A DNA stretch of 61,755 bases, filler included. It is 8 parts of 8 records of this genome, joined end to end, with 100 filler letters (N's around TTAATTAATTAA, not from the genome) between each part and the next. Parts side by side here need not be neighbours in the genome. Positions count along the whole stretch, not along the records: positions 37,496 to 49,619 come from SRR31147125_99246; positions 49,720 to 55,732 come from SRR31147125_99271; 6 more parts are not named here. One strand, written 5' to 3'. A model generated the notes under the pieces. The model was not told the DNA's origin. It searched no databases and saw only the letters and a list, made by a program, of their open reading frames with translations. The position numbers and the translations under genes were made by a program. Below are positions 42,110 to 52,619 of the stretch, in pieces. Within the stretch, counting starts at the first letter, position 1. Every line of letters starts with the position of its first letter.

Positions 42110-43443
42110 TCACTCCTTTAAATACTTTTCGAACACATAGTCGTTGTCAGCCCCCAGATCGGTTTTGATCCACTTTACCCGCAGGGGGTTTCGGACATTT
42201 TGCCGGCCACCGGAAGGGTTACCATACCAAAGTTGGCCGCATCGATCTCTTGAAAAGTTTTTCGCTCCTGCCAGTGCTTCTCCTCTAAAACCTTAGAAGG
42301 CGGCAGCATTTTAGTGGTCACCGGCATTCCGCCGCCGCGCCATTTGGAGCCGGCCGCCTTGATGCTGTATTTGGAAAATTTCTTAACGATTTCATCGTAG
42401 GTGAAATTGCTGACCGCGCCTTCGATATCCTTGTTGAGTTCGCGCACCTTATCGACGTTGTCGGTGATGCGGTCGATCAGGTAGCGCCACTCCTCTTCCA
42501 AATTCCATTTGCCGAGAATCTTCAGGGCCGCCCGGAAATCCTGATCACGGAAGCAGGCGATGGCCACATAGCCGTCCTTGCACTTGAAGAAACCATAGGG
42601 ACAAAGACCGTAGTCGAGTGTTCCGTATCGCGGCCGGGGACGCTTCCACAGATGGCCGACCGTGGGAGGAAAGCCGACACAGGAGGAGTATGCATCAGAA
42701 GTGGCCACGTCGATCATCTGGCCCGTTCCATTCAACCGCTTGAAGAAAAGCGCCGCCAGCGCGCCGCCCACCGCCTCCACGGCGACGGCATATCCGGCGG
42801 CATAAAAACCCGCGCGGGTCGGCCAGTTCTGCGGCTCGGGGGCATCGGGCAGATCCCCGAGAATGGCGGCCAGTCCCGATTCGGCCTGGCTGGTCAGGTC
42901 GGACCACGGGATATGGCCATGGCTTTTGGCGCGCGATCCGGTGTGGCCGTAAGGGGACATGGCGACATAGATCAGACCGGGATTGATTTCGCGCAGCTGC
43001 CGGTAGCCCAACCCGATGGCATCTAGCTCGCCGGGCGCATAAGTCTCGATTACAATGTCCGCCTTGGTCATCAATCGCTTCAGCTTTTCCCGGTCATCGT
43101 CTGCCTCGAAATCGAGCATGACGTGGCGCTTGTTGCGTGACTCGGCGGCATATCCCAGCCCGGTTCCTTCACGATTGGCGCCAAACGGCGTCACCACCCG
43201 TGACGGGTCGCCGCCGGGCGGCTCCACCTTGATCACTTCGGCCCCCGCCTCGGCCAGTATGCCTGCCGCGGTCAGCCCCGCAAAATTGGCATAGCTCAGA
43301 TCGATCACCAGTGTGTCGTCAAGTGCTTCCGGTTTTCCGTCTACAGATGCCATACCCTTGAGCATATTTGACCAGCTGGCGATCCGTTCGGACGTTCCCG
43401 CCTTGCGCACATAACGCGAATAGACTTTTTCTTTTTCAGCCAT
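42110..43443 (-). CDS. Class III (CaiB/BaiF) CoA-transferase, subunit lacking the catalytic Asp (indel in the run at 42184-42188)
   Basis: GAEVIKVEPPGGD, NKR, ADIVIE, NPGLIY and GTGQMIDVA. The corrected tail SETPLRVKWIKTDLGADNDYVFEKYLKE* parallels the paralog. Confidence 0.88.
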
Positions 43444-44797
43444 GATCTTTATCCTGGTAGTTGAACATCGGATCGTTGTCGATATCGTAGTAAACCGGCG
43501 GACGCTGTCCGACCCGGTAATCCCAGTACCCGACCACCCGTGACGCTTCCAGTGCCTTGATCCGCTCCTCCGAAAGGCCGAGCAGTGTTTTGAAGATATA
43601 GCGATTATGATAGCCCAGCGGACGGGTCAACCATTTGATGCGCGACGGCGTTTCGCTCAACCGCACGGTGCTACTCTCCAGTTTTAGCTTGCCATACATC
43701 TCGTCGTCGTAAACCACCACATTTCCGCGCTCCTGGCGCCACTCCTCCTCGGAGATCTCCAGGTCATCCCGGACAGGTGCGGCGGGGAAGCGATGGGTTT
43801 CGGCCGACGCCATGATCTCATCCATGAGCTGACCAGCTACCCACTTGGCTGTCTCCTCGCTGATGACACCGGCATTTTCCCTTTTTAGCCGATCGAGTGC
43901 GCCGGCAAAGCGAGGATCTTCGATCAGTTCCTCCCGCCCCATGGCGCGGCACAACCCCGCGAATTGATCATTGCTCGCAATGGCCAATGCGATGAACGCA
44001 CCCTCCGCGGTTTTGTAAATGCCCGACGGCGCCATGCTGGGGTCCTGGCCGCCGGTGGTGCCGATCTCTTCACCCTCTGCGCAGAAATAAGAGAAGTGCG
44101 GCAGGGCGCGCATCAGAATCTCGGCCTGACAAATATCCATAAACTGCCCTTTACCGGTCCTTTCGCGGTAGTTGAGCCCCATGAGAATCATCATGGCCGC
44201 ATAGAGACCAGGGCAGAAATCGCCGTAGAAGTCGGGCACCTTGAAATATTTTTCAGATTGCGGATGGCCCGTCGCACTGAGCATCCCCGACGCGCCCTGC
44301 GCCAACAGGTCCCAGCCCGGCAAAAATCGGTTGGGCCCGAATTGGCCAAAGGTGCTGCAGCTGGCGTAGATCATTTTGGGGTTCTTCTTGCTCAGGGTCG
44401 AATAGCCGATGCCCCAGGCCTCCACCGTGCCGGGTGAAAAGTTCTCGATGACCACATCCGCCTGCTCGGCAAGGCGCAGGATCAGCTCCCGCCCCTCGGT
44501 CTCCTTGACATCGATGGCGACGAAGTATTTGCTGTGGTTGATAAAATGCCACAGCGGGTTGGAGTGCTTCCAGTATTTGCCCCAATAGGTCGAAGAGCGC
44601 CAGTAATCCCCCACATAGGGAAGTTCCACCTTGATCACCTCGGCACCGTACTGGGCCAACACCCGCGCGGCGGTTGGCCCGAAAATCATGTGGGAAAGAT
44701 CGAGGACCCGAAGTCCTTTCAAGGCTTCAGGTTTTTCGGCCGCCTGGGAAGCGAACAGCTTCTCGGTAAAGGCAAAGTAATCGTCACTCATAAACAT
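43436..44797 (-). CDS. Class III (CaiB/BaiF) CoA-transferase, catalytic subunit
   Basis: LKGLRVLDLS, GAEVIKVE, ADVVIENFSPG, FGQFGP, GWDLLAQ, FYGDFCPG (active-site Asp) and TGKGQFMD. Confidence 0.92.
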   Translation of the reverse strand: MFMSDDYFAFTEKLFASQAAEKPEALKGLRVLDLSHMIFGPTAARVLAQYGAEVIKVELPYVGDYWRSSTYWGKYWKHSNPLWHFINHSKYFVAIDVKETEGRELILRLAEQADVVIENFSPGTVEAWGIGYSTLSKKNPKMIYASCSTFGQFGPNRFLPGWDLLAQGASGMLSATGHPQSEKYFKVPDFYGDFCPGLYAAMMILMGLNYRERTGKGQFMDICQAEILMRALPHFSYFCAEGEEIGTTGGQDPSMAPSGIYKTAEGAFIALAIASNDQFAGLCRAMGREELIEDPRFAGALDRLKRENAGVISEETAKWVAGQLMDEIMASAETHRFPAAPVRDDLEISEEEWRQERGNVVVYDDEMYGKLKLESSTVRLSETPSRIKWLTRPLGYHNRYIFKTLLGLSEERIKALEASRVVGYWDYRVGQRPPVYYDIDNDPMFNYQDKDHG

Positions 44798-44809
44798 GCT
44801 CCTGTTCAG

Positions 44810-45514
44810 CTATCCGCCGATATAGGCCTTTTTCACCATTTCACTGTGGAGAAGTTCTTCGCCGGCGCCTTCAAGCACAATCTCGCCATCCTGAAGGACA
44901 TAGCCGCGATCCGCAATCTCCAGCGCCGCCTGGGCGTTCTGCTCTGAAAGCAGTACCGTGATACCCATCTCCGGAAAGGTCTGGATACTCTCGTAAATGC
45001 TGGCCATGATGGCCGGGCTGAGGCCCAGCGACGGCTCGTCGATCAGCAGCAGCTTGGGCCGTGACATGAGTCCCCGGGCGACCACCAGCATCTGCTGCTC
45101 TCCACCGCTCATCAGGCTGGCCCGCTGATTGGCCCGCTCTCCCAGAATGGGGAACATTTCCGCCGCCTGTTGCAGCATCTTCTGCCGCCCGGACCATGCC
45201 TTTCGCTGGCAGGCCCCCATCATCAAATTCTCGCGCACCGAAAGATATGGGAAAATTTTGCGCCCTTCGGGGATATGGGATATCCCCGCATCCACAATTT
45301 GGTGCGGGGCCAGCCGCTCAATGCGGGTCTGTTCGAAAGTGATCTCACCGTCGTTCGCCTGGAGCAGTCCTGAGATGGTGTTGAGCAGGGTGGTCTTGCC
45401 GGCGCCGTTGGATCCCACCAGCGCCACGATCTCCCCCTTGCCCACATCGAGGTTCAAACCGTGAAGCACCGGGATCACACCGTAAGAAACGTTCAACTGC
45501 TTAATGGACAACAT
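44810..45514 (-). CDS. ABC transporter ATPase, LivF-like
   Basis: GSNGAGKTT, PEGRKIF, MSGGEQQM and DEPSLGL. Confidence 0.93.
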   Translation of the reverse strand: MLSIKQLNVSYGVIPVLHGLNLDVGKGEIVALVGSNGAGKTTLLNTISGLLQANDGEITFEQTRIERLAPHQIVDAGISHIPEGRKIFPYLSVRENLMMGACQRKAWSGRQKMLQQAAEMFPILGERANQRASLMSGGEQQMLVVARGLMSRPKLLLIDEPSLGLSPAIMASIYESIQTFPEMGITVLLSEQNAQAALEIADRGYVLQDGEIVLEGAGEELLHSEMVKKAYIGG

Positions 45515-46235
45515 GGCGGCCTCCCAGATATGCTTCAATCACGCGCTCGTCGTTAATCACCTCCTGCGGCGTCCCCTCCAGCAGCTTCTGGCCGTGCTGA
45601 AGCACCACGATCCGCTGGGCGGCGGCCATGATCACTTTCATGACATGCTCGATCCACAGAATCGTGATACCGAACTGCTCCTGGGCACTCCAGATCATCT
45701 CCAGGGCCTGGGACGCCTCGCCGGGATTGAGACCGGCCATCGCCTCGTCGAGCAGCAGCAGTTTCGGGGTGGTCGCCAGAGCCCTGGCCAGTTCGAGCAT
45801 GCGCAGCTCGTATAAGTTCAGGTCCCGCGCCAAGGTGTCCCGCTTGGCAAAGAGGCCGACAAACTCCAGGTAGTACGACGCTTCGAAAGAGGCATCGAAA
45901 AGGCTCATGTTAGGCCGATGCCCGCCGTTGATCACGCTCACCGTCACCGACCCCAGGGCCGTCATGGCGTAAAACGGTTTCGGGATCTGGTAGGTTCTGC
46001 TGATACCCCTGTGGCAGATCTTGTTGGACGGCAGGCCGCCGATCTCCTCTCCCAGGAAACGTATAGCCCCATGATCGGCTTTTAACGCACCGGAGATCAG
46101 ATTCATGACCGTCGTCTTGCCGGCCCCATTGGGGCCGATGAGGCCGACGATCTCCCCTTCCTTGACCGAAAAGCCGACATCCTTTACAGCCTGCAGCCCT
46201 CCGAATGATTTGTGCAGCCCTTGAATTTCAAGCAC
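45501..46235 (-). CDS. ABC transporter ATPase, LivG-like
   Basis: FGGLQAV, GPNGAGKTT, LLLDEAMAGLN, IEH and VIEAYLG. Confidence 0.93.
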   Translation of the reverse strand: MLEIQGLHKSFGGLQAVKDVGFSVKEGEIVGLIGPNGAGKTTVMNLISGALKADHGAIRFLGEEIGGLPSNKICHRGISRTYQIPKPFYAMTALGSVTVSVINGGHRPNMSLFDASFEASYYLEFVGLFAKRDTLARDLNLYELRMLELARALATTPKLLLLDEAMAGLNPGEASQALEMIWSAQEQFGITILWIEHVMKVIMAAAQRIVVLQHGQKLLEGTPQEVINDERVIEAYLGGRHVVH

Positions 46236-46238
46236 GAC

Positions 46239-47282
46239 TCAGTTTCTCCTTACCTTGAGCTGCGGGAAATAATCCCGGTGGTGGCGTTTATGATAGAGGC
46301 CGAAAAGGCCCTCGCCCCGCGGCAGGAAGACGATGGCCGCGACCAGCACGACCGGAAAAACCACGTAGTTGACCGGTCCCAGCGGCGTGATGATCTCTTC
46401 CAGAATGGCAACGAAATAGGCGCCCCATATGGCACCGTATGAATAGGCCCGCCCGCCGATCAGGATGATGATCAGAATCTTGAGCATATAGTCCAGCGGC
46501 AGGTAAGTCACCCCGGCGAAGGTCCGAAAGGTGTGCACGATAAACCACCCGACGATGCCGATCAGCACCGACGGAAAAACGTAGTAAAACACCTTGTTGC
46601 GGCCCACGTTGACGCCCATCATTCGGGCCACGTCTTCGTCTTCGTTGATCGCTGCCAGGGTCACGCCGTAGCGTGAGCGGCCGATCTTGTCCGCCACCAG
46701 CAGGTAAAACAGCATCAGCGCGAGAGATAGATAGTAGTATGAGACATAATTCCACGTCACCCGTCCCAGATCGAAAAGGGGGCTCATGCCGACCAGGCCG
46801 ACCTCACCCCGGAAGAGATCTCCGTAAATGAAGGTCAGGTCGAGAAAGGCCAAAGGCAGAATCAGGGTGATGAGCGAAAAGTAGAGCCCCTTGGCGATCC
46901 AGGTGATGGGACTAAGGATCAGGGCGATGCCCGCGCATACGACGATGGTGGCCAGCAGGGTGAAGAAGGGCGTCCAGCCCAGGTGCAGGTTCAGCAGGGC
47001 CGCCGTGTAGCCACCGATGCCGAGGTAGAGCTGCGGCCCGAAGTTCACTCGCGCCGTACCGATGAGTTGCAGCCCCAATGGGATAGTGATGGCCGCCAGC
47101 AGGTTGGCAGTGGTGAACATGGTCAGATACGCCGGATAGCGGAAGATGATCAACGGCAGCGCCACGAGCAGCAAAATGCCGAGCCATGGGTTGCGCCAGT
47201 AGCGCGGCTCGATGATGTACTCGTACTTCAGATCCCTCCAGCGGCCGATGATGCGGTCACGTTTGAATTCGATCTTTACCAT
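46239..47282 (-). CDS. ABC transporter permease, LivM-like
   Basis: GIGGY.AA, GLYFSLITL and SRYG..L.AINEDE..A..MGVN. Confidence 0.88.
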   Translation of the reverse strand: MVKIEFKRDRIIGRWRDLKYEYIIEPRYWRNPWLGILLLVALPLIIFRYPAYLTMFTTANLLAAITIPLGLQLIGTARVNFGPQLYLGIGGYTAALLNLHLGWTPFFTLLATIVVCAGIALILSPITWIAKGLYFSLITLILPLAFLDLTFIYGDLFRGEVGLVGMSPLFDLGRVTWNYVSYYYLSLALMLFYLLVADKIGRSRYGVTLAAINEDEDVARMMGVNVGRNKVFYYVFPSVLIGIVGWFIVHTFRTFAGVTYLPLDYMLKILIIILIGGRAYSYGAIWGAYFVAILEEIITPLGPVNYVVFPVVLVAAIVFLPRGEGLFGLYHKRHHRDYFPQLKVRRN

Positions 47283-48154
47283 ATGGTTTCTCCGGGATAG
47301 AGGCCGCCCCGCTTAAAGATCATCACCAGCAAGGTGATCACCAACGCGGCAAAACCCATAAAGCGCGACACGTAGAAGAAGCTGACAAATGCATGGACGA
47401 AGCCGATCATGTACGAAGCCACGATACTGCCCTTGAGGTTCCCCAGGCCTCCGAGGATAGAGACCAGCATGGCCGTAATAAGCAGCGGGGCCCCCATGAA
47501 CGGATCCACGCTCCAGAAGGGAGCGATCATCAATACACAGATGGTCGGCGGAATGACCGACAGGGTCATGGCCAGGTAGTACATCTTGTTCACGTCCGCC
47601 CCCATGAGGCGTGAGGCATAGATATCCTGGCTCATGGCACGGATGATCAAGCCGACACGGGTCTTGAGGAACATCCACACGAAGAGAGCGGTGACGAAGA
47701 TCCCGGTCATTGCAGCAAAAAGCATCTGATAGGAGAGTCGGACCTTGCCGATCTTGAAAGTGCCGTCGATGATGGTGGTGGGGATGGAGACACCTGCAGT
47801 CACCGGATAGACGTAGTTGGCCAGATGGGTCACGGCCAGAAAGATCAGCATCGACAAGGTCAGCAGTATCTCCTCCTGTTCGAGATAGCGCTGAAAAATG
47901 CCTTTATAAAAAATCAGTAGCGCGAAGGCGATCTGCACGACGAACATCAGTCCGATGGCAGGCCAGAGGCCGAGATTCAGCTCGTTCATAAAGGCCCAGG
48001 TACCATAGGCCGCCATGACGAAAGTGACCCCGTAGCCCAGGTGGAAAATCCGCAGCACCCCGCAGATGAGCGAAAATCCCAACGAAATCAGCAGGTAGAT
48101 GGACCCCCAGATGAAGGCATAGACCAGGATTGATTGAAGCTTGTACATCAACAT
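47276..48154 (-). CDS. ABC transporter permease, LivH-like
   Basis: GSIYLLISLGFSLI.GV, TRVGLIIRA and ILGGLGNLKG. Confidence 0.9.
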   Translation of the reverse strand: MLMYKLQSILVYAFIWGSIYLLISLGFSLICGVLRIFHLGYGVTFVMAAYGTWAFMNELNLGLWPAIGLMFVVQIAFALLIFYKGIFQRYLEQEEILLTLSMLIFLAVTHLANYVYPVTAGVSIPTTIIDGTFKIGKVRLSYQMLFAAMTGIFVTALFVWMFLKTRVGLIIRAMSQDIYASRLMGADVNKMYYLAMTLSVIPPTICVLMIAPFWSVDPFMGAPLLITAMLVSILGGLGNLKGSIVASYMIGFVHAFVSFFYVSRFMGFAALVITLLVMIFKRGGLYPGETIW

Positions 48155-48187
48155 GACACAGTACTCCTCGGAAATCGATGAGTGGCC

Positions 48188-48243
48188 CGGTCGAGGCGTA
48201 AAATCCGCCTCGACCGATCAGTCTCGATCCCCCGCAAAGGGGG
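48188..48243 (-). promoter_or_regulatory. Intercistronic hairpins after the binding-protein gene (mRNA stabilisation or partial termination)
   Basis: CGGTCGAGGCG / CGCCTCGACCG 11-bp stem (48188-48216), plus a short CCCC/GGGG hairpin next to the stop. Confidence 0.5.
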
Positions 48244-49516
48244 TTACTTTCTAAGTTCCTTGGGGGACATATACTTGGAGTTGGCAAACTGGGGCGGAAA
48301 GATCACCTTCATGGCGCCTTTGCCATTCTCCTTCTGCCACTGAACCACGGGTGTGATGTATTTGGGATAAGGCAGGTTGTAGTGCAGTTTGGGATCCCAA
48401 CCGATGGTACCCAGCACGGCGATCTCTTCCACCGTCTCCAGGCTCTTGATCAGGGCATCGATATTGTCCGCCCCTCCGGCGCTTTCAACCGCTTTTTTAA
48501 AACCGTATAGCGTATCGTAGGTGGTATGAGAGCCAAAGATCGGACCCACTTTATACTTTTTCATTAAATTATCCATGAACGGAATGGTCTTTTCGGAGAT
48601 TGCCACGCGGGTCATCGATGATCCGACCATGACACCGAGGCACTTGCCCTCGGTCACCTTCCAGGCCGGCGGCATACCGGCCAGACCGCCCCAGATGAAA
48701 AAGGGAAGATCCCTGGAACTGGACTGCTCCCACTGTTTGATCAGGGCTCCCTCGTCGATGTAGCCAACGGTGGCGTCGATCACATCCGCTTCCATAGCGG
48801 CGATCTCTTCGAAAACCGAAGTGAACATCTTCTGGTCGGTGGATACGGTGGTTTCATAAACGACATCCAAGCCTTGTTCCTTGTAAACGTCCTTAAGAGG
48901 CGGCGATACATCCTTCAGCCCCTTGCGCAGCGGTTTGGTCCACTCCATGTCCTCGTAAATCAACGCCATCTTCTTCGCGCCAGCCAGGTTTTTGAAAACA
49001 TCCGCGTTAAGCTTGCCCCATATCTTCAGATAGTTGGTCGAAACCGAGTAGTAGGTCTGGAAAGCCGAACTTGTATTTGTCATAGTTATCGCGGACATGA
49101 TGCCAGATCACATCCCCCGAGCCGATAGTGGAGAACAAAATGTGGGGATACTCTTTATACAGCTCGGCACCGATCTCCATGCCGGCCACCGCCATTTCGA
49201 CCTTCTCAGCGATGACCACGGCCGTCACCTTTTCGGTCATGACCAGTTTTTTATAAACTTCGACCGCCTTGGGAATTTCACCTTTAGTGTCCTCTACGAT
49301 GAGTTTCACCTGGCGGCCGTCGATACCACCTGCAGCGTTCATCTCATCCACTGCCATCATAGCTGCTCCTCTGGAGCTGAGGCAGGGTGCCGATGAAAGG
49401 TTCCCCATGAAACCGATTTTCAACGGTTCCTTGGCCTGCACCATTGCACCTGTACAAAGGACCAAGCAAAAACACAGAACAACTATTCCGCTCAACTTTC
49501 CCTTCCACCTGTTCAT
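48244..49516 (-). CDS. ABC substrate-binding protein, LivK-like fold (about 423 aa; one extra base near 49060)
   Basis: Signal peptide, LKIG and NAAGGIDGRQVKLIVEDT. ORFs 49007-49516 and 48244-49098 join as YKFGFQTYYS. Confidence 0.87.
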
Positions 49517-49619
49517 CGGAGCCTCCTTAGATTTTATCTGTTTTCGAAACGCTATCGCCGTTGCCGGCGGCTTCGGCGGTCCTGACTGCCCTTACGCTTT
49601 TTGGTGCGGGTCGATTTTT

Positions 49620-49719
49620 NNNNNNNNNNNNNNNNNNNNNNNNNNNNNNNNNNNNNNNNNNNNTTAATTAATTAANNNNNNNNNNNNNNNNNNNNNNNNN
49701 NNNNNNNNNNNNNNNNNNN
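49620..49719. other. Artificial contig linker
   Basis: N44-TTAATTAATTAA-N44. Confidence 0.98.
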
Positions 49720-50520
49720 CCCAGATTGGTGTTTACAAGTCTCGCATCAAATTCAATTGGAGATACACTAACCGTTGGACAAGGATCAGAGCTAATAAAA
49801 GCAAACCTTTTGAGAGGACACGCACCTGCAAGTGAAATCGCAAATTCTCTACTGCTTTACAACTACTTGCATGTATTTACAACATCCAGTGTTGTAGTGC
49901 TATCGGCAATTTTCGCTCTATTCGCAGCTCCATTTGAGCTAACAATCAGATTGCTGGTTGTCGGTATCGCAATTGCCGTATTAACTGGAGTGACCTTACT
50001 TGGCATCTTGTTAAGAAAAGGTGTTTTCTTTAAACTTTTCAACAAGTTACAAAGATTTCCAATTAAATGGTTACGCCCTTCTGATAGCCTTTTGGAAGGT
50101 GCTACAAAAGTTGATGAACGCTTGGGACACTTTACTTCGGATTCTCCATCTTCGTTATATAAAGCTTTATTCTGGCTTTTTTGGGGAAGAATTTTCAATT
50201 TGATAGAAATCGGTATTATCCTGTATTATCTGGGCCTTCCACATAGCATCGCAGTTGTGGCAATGGTTTACTCAACGACTGCAATCGCTAATTATCTGCT
50301 TATGATTCTGCCTACCAGAGAGGGATTTGTAGAAGGAAGCTCCTACCTCATTTTCGGCTGGATTGGAATGAAAGCAGCAGATGGTCTGTTTTTTGAAATG
50401 ATCAGGAGAATCAGAAAGATATTTTTCCAACTCCTTGGCTTAACTCTATTTGTGGGTTTTTTCAAAGAGTCATCAAAAAACAAGAAAGAACTACCGATAA
50501 AAAACTCCATCGAAAAATAA
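49720..50520 (+). CDS. Flippase-like / lysylphosphatidylglycerol-synthase TM-domain membrane protein (5' truncated)
   Basis: Multi-TM protein with G.E..KA, LP...GFVEG...F..IG and terminal RRIR.IF pattern. Confidence 0.6.
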   Translation, partial: PRLVFTSLASNSIGDTLTVGQGSELIKANLLRGHAPASEIANSLLLYNYLHVFTTSSVVVLSAIFALFAAPFELTIRLLVVGIAIAVLTGVTLLGILLRKGVFFKLFNKLQRFPIKWLRPSDSLLEGATKVDERLGHFTSDSPSSLYKALFWLFWGRIFNLIEIGIILYYLGLPHSIAVVAMVYSTTAIANYLLMILPTREGFVEGSSYLIFGWIGMKAADGLFFEMIRRIRKIFFQLLGLTLFVGFFKESSKNKKELPIKNSIEK

Positions 50521-50798
50521 AAAACCAACTAAAAATTATAAACTCATATTTCCGGCTACTTAAATGTTCATATAGTGTTTTTAATATCATGTAAATATAG
50601 ACGAAGCTATTCGTTTCATGATAAAATTACTTTCAAGTATATTAAAGATGATAACATTGCGTAATATAGCAACAAAGAATCATTTGCTATCGACAACATC
50701 AAGTATTTCTCATATTCTTGATAAAGCAAGAATAATGAATTTAACCATTGCCAGAAAGTTTTGAACAAGAAAAAACAATTGCGCGGGATACCAATTAA

Positions 50799-52457
50799 AT
50801 GAAAATAGCGATAATAGAAAGCTCAAGTACTCTCCAAAAAGTATGGGCAAGTTGTCTTTCCGATACCGGCTTCAACTTCATCTTTCCGGAATTCGACGAT
50901 AATCTAATTAACTCTTTAATAGCGTTTAAAGTAAATATTCTGGTTTGTCCTGGCGTGCTTTATGGACAAAAAATGATCGACTTCATATATCGGATGAAAA
51001 GCTATAAAGAACTCGAAAACATTAAAATAGTACTCTCAACTGCGGGAACGGAAGAAGACATCCGAACTATGTGGGATCCTGATTATTTTGATGCAATACT
51101 CCCCAAACCTTTTACTCGAGAACAAATAATTAACATCATTCTAGGTTTTCAGATAGATTTTTACCAAACTGATCGAGACAAACCTGTTGCGGTAATTGTT
51201 GACGACAGCATTACTGTCCGCAGCATTCTGAAAAAGGAAATGAATAACTTAGGTTTTGATGTCGAAACAGCTGAAAACGGAATGGAAGGCATAGAAAAAA
51301 TCAGTGACTTATTACCAGATATTGCATTGATTGATATAGAAATGCCAGGGTTGAGTGGTCTTGAAATCTGCGAAATGCTTTCATCTGATCCCAAAACAGA
51401 CAAGGTTCCTGTTATCATCATTAGCGGCACATTGGATGATTCACAAATCAAACATGGTTTCATGTCTGGTGCTATTGATTTTCTGCCCAAACCTGTTGAC
51501 AGTTCACAACTTGAAAGAATTGTTTCTCAAACTGTATACAAAAAGGCAAGTACCAGACAAGGCAATGCTCTTATATTAGAGGATAGTCCTGTTACTGCAT
51601 CCATCATTACAAAAAACCTTAAAGAAATTGGCATTACTGCTAATATATGCCCATCTGTTGCTGAATTCAGAATTCATTTGGCAATTAGTGTACCTGATTT
51701 GATTTTTATTGATTTGACTTTACAGGATGGCTCAGGAGTAGATGAAATCTCAAGGGTTCGCGCCATACAAACTCTTGAAACTGTCCCGATAGTCGTAATT
51801 ACAGGCTTATCGGAAAAACAGATCCTTATTGATTGTCTACAGGTAGGCGCAAACGACTATCTGGTTAAACCATTTGTACGTGAAGAATTCACGGCTAGAA
51901 TCAATAATTTGCTTAAAGTAAAAATTCTGTTAAATGAACTTGGGCAAAAAACCAAAGTGCTAGAAAATTTAGCTTTCAATGATGGTCTAACAGGACTCGT
52001 AAATCGTAGATTCATTGACGAAAATATGCCCAGAATGATTAGACAAGCTACCGAACAAGATCAATCGCTTAGTTTTGTAATGATTGACCTTGATTTCTTC
52101 AAAAAAGTTAACGATACATATGGCCATGAAATAGGAGATGTAATTCTCCAGGAAGTTGCTCAAGTCATCAAACAAACAGTTAGAGGAGAAGATGTTCCTT
52201 GCCGATATGGCGGTGAGGAAATGTGTGTTTTCCTGCCAAATTGCTCACTTATGAAAGCAAAAGAAGTCGCCGAGAGAATACGTGCAGGATGTAATAGTAA
52301 CAAGTTTTCAGAACACAACATCGAGCAAACAGTTAGCATCGGTGTTAGCTCCTTCCCTGATCCTTCAGATGAAAACACTCTTGTTGCAGACGCAGATTCA
52401 GCTTTATATAAGGCTAAAGACACAGGAAGAAACAAAGTACTAGTATTCAAAGGCTGA
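50799..52457 (+). CDS. Diguanylate cyclase with three receiver domains (PleD-like)
   Basis: Degenerate REC1, REC2 (VDDS..DIEMP..KP) and REC3 (EDS..DLTL..KP). DGLTGLVNRR, DLDFFKKVNDTYGH, I-site RGED and RYGGEEM. Confidence 0.93.
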   Translation: MKIAIIESSSTLQKVWASCLSDTGFNFIFPEFDDNLINSLIAFKVNILVCPGVLYGQKMIDFIYRMKSYKELENIKIVLSTAGTEEDIRTMWDPDYFDAILPKPFTREQIINIILGFQIDFYQTDRDKPVAVIVDDSITVRSILKKEMNNLGFDVETAENGMEGIEKISDLLPDIALIDIEMPGLSGLEICEMLSSDPKTDKVPVIIISGTLDDSQIKHGFMSGAIDFLPKPVDSSQLERIVSQTVYKKASTRQGNALILEDSPVTASIITKNLKEIGITANICPSVAEFRIHLAISVPDLIFIDLTLQDGSGVDEISRVRAIQTLETVPIVVITGLSEKQILIDCLQVGANDYLVKPFVREEFTARINNLLKVKILLNELGQKTKVLENLAFNDGLTGLVNRRFIDENMPRMIRQATEQDQSLSFVMIDLDFFKKVNDTYGHEIGDVILQEVAQVIKQTVRGEDVPCRYGGEEMCVFLPNCSLMKAKEVAERIRAGCNSNKFSEHNIEQTVSIGVSSFPDPSDENTLVADADSALYKAKDTGRNKVLVFKG

Positions 52458-52619
52458 TAAAGCTCGATTACTAAAAAATATAGGTATTTAACAGTTAAAC
52501 CCCTCTGATTCATACCATTTATTATAAAAATCACACATTTTCCTTGAGTGAGACCAAATTGGTAGTATGATTAAGTTCGTACTATTTTTGTGCTGAAAAC
52601 ACCAATTCGTGAGGTTTAG

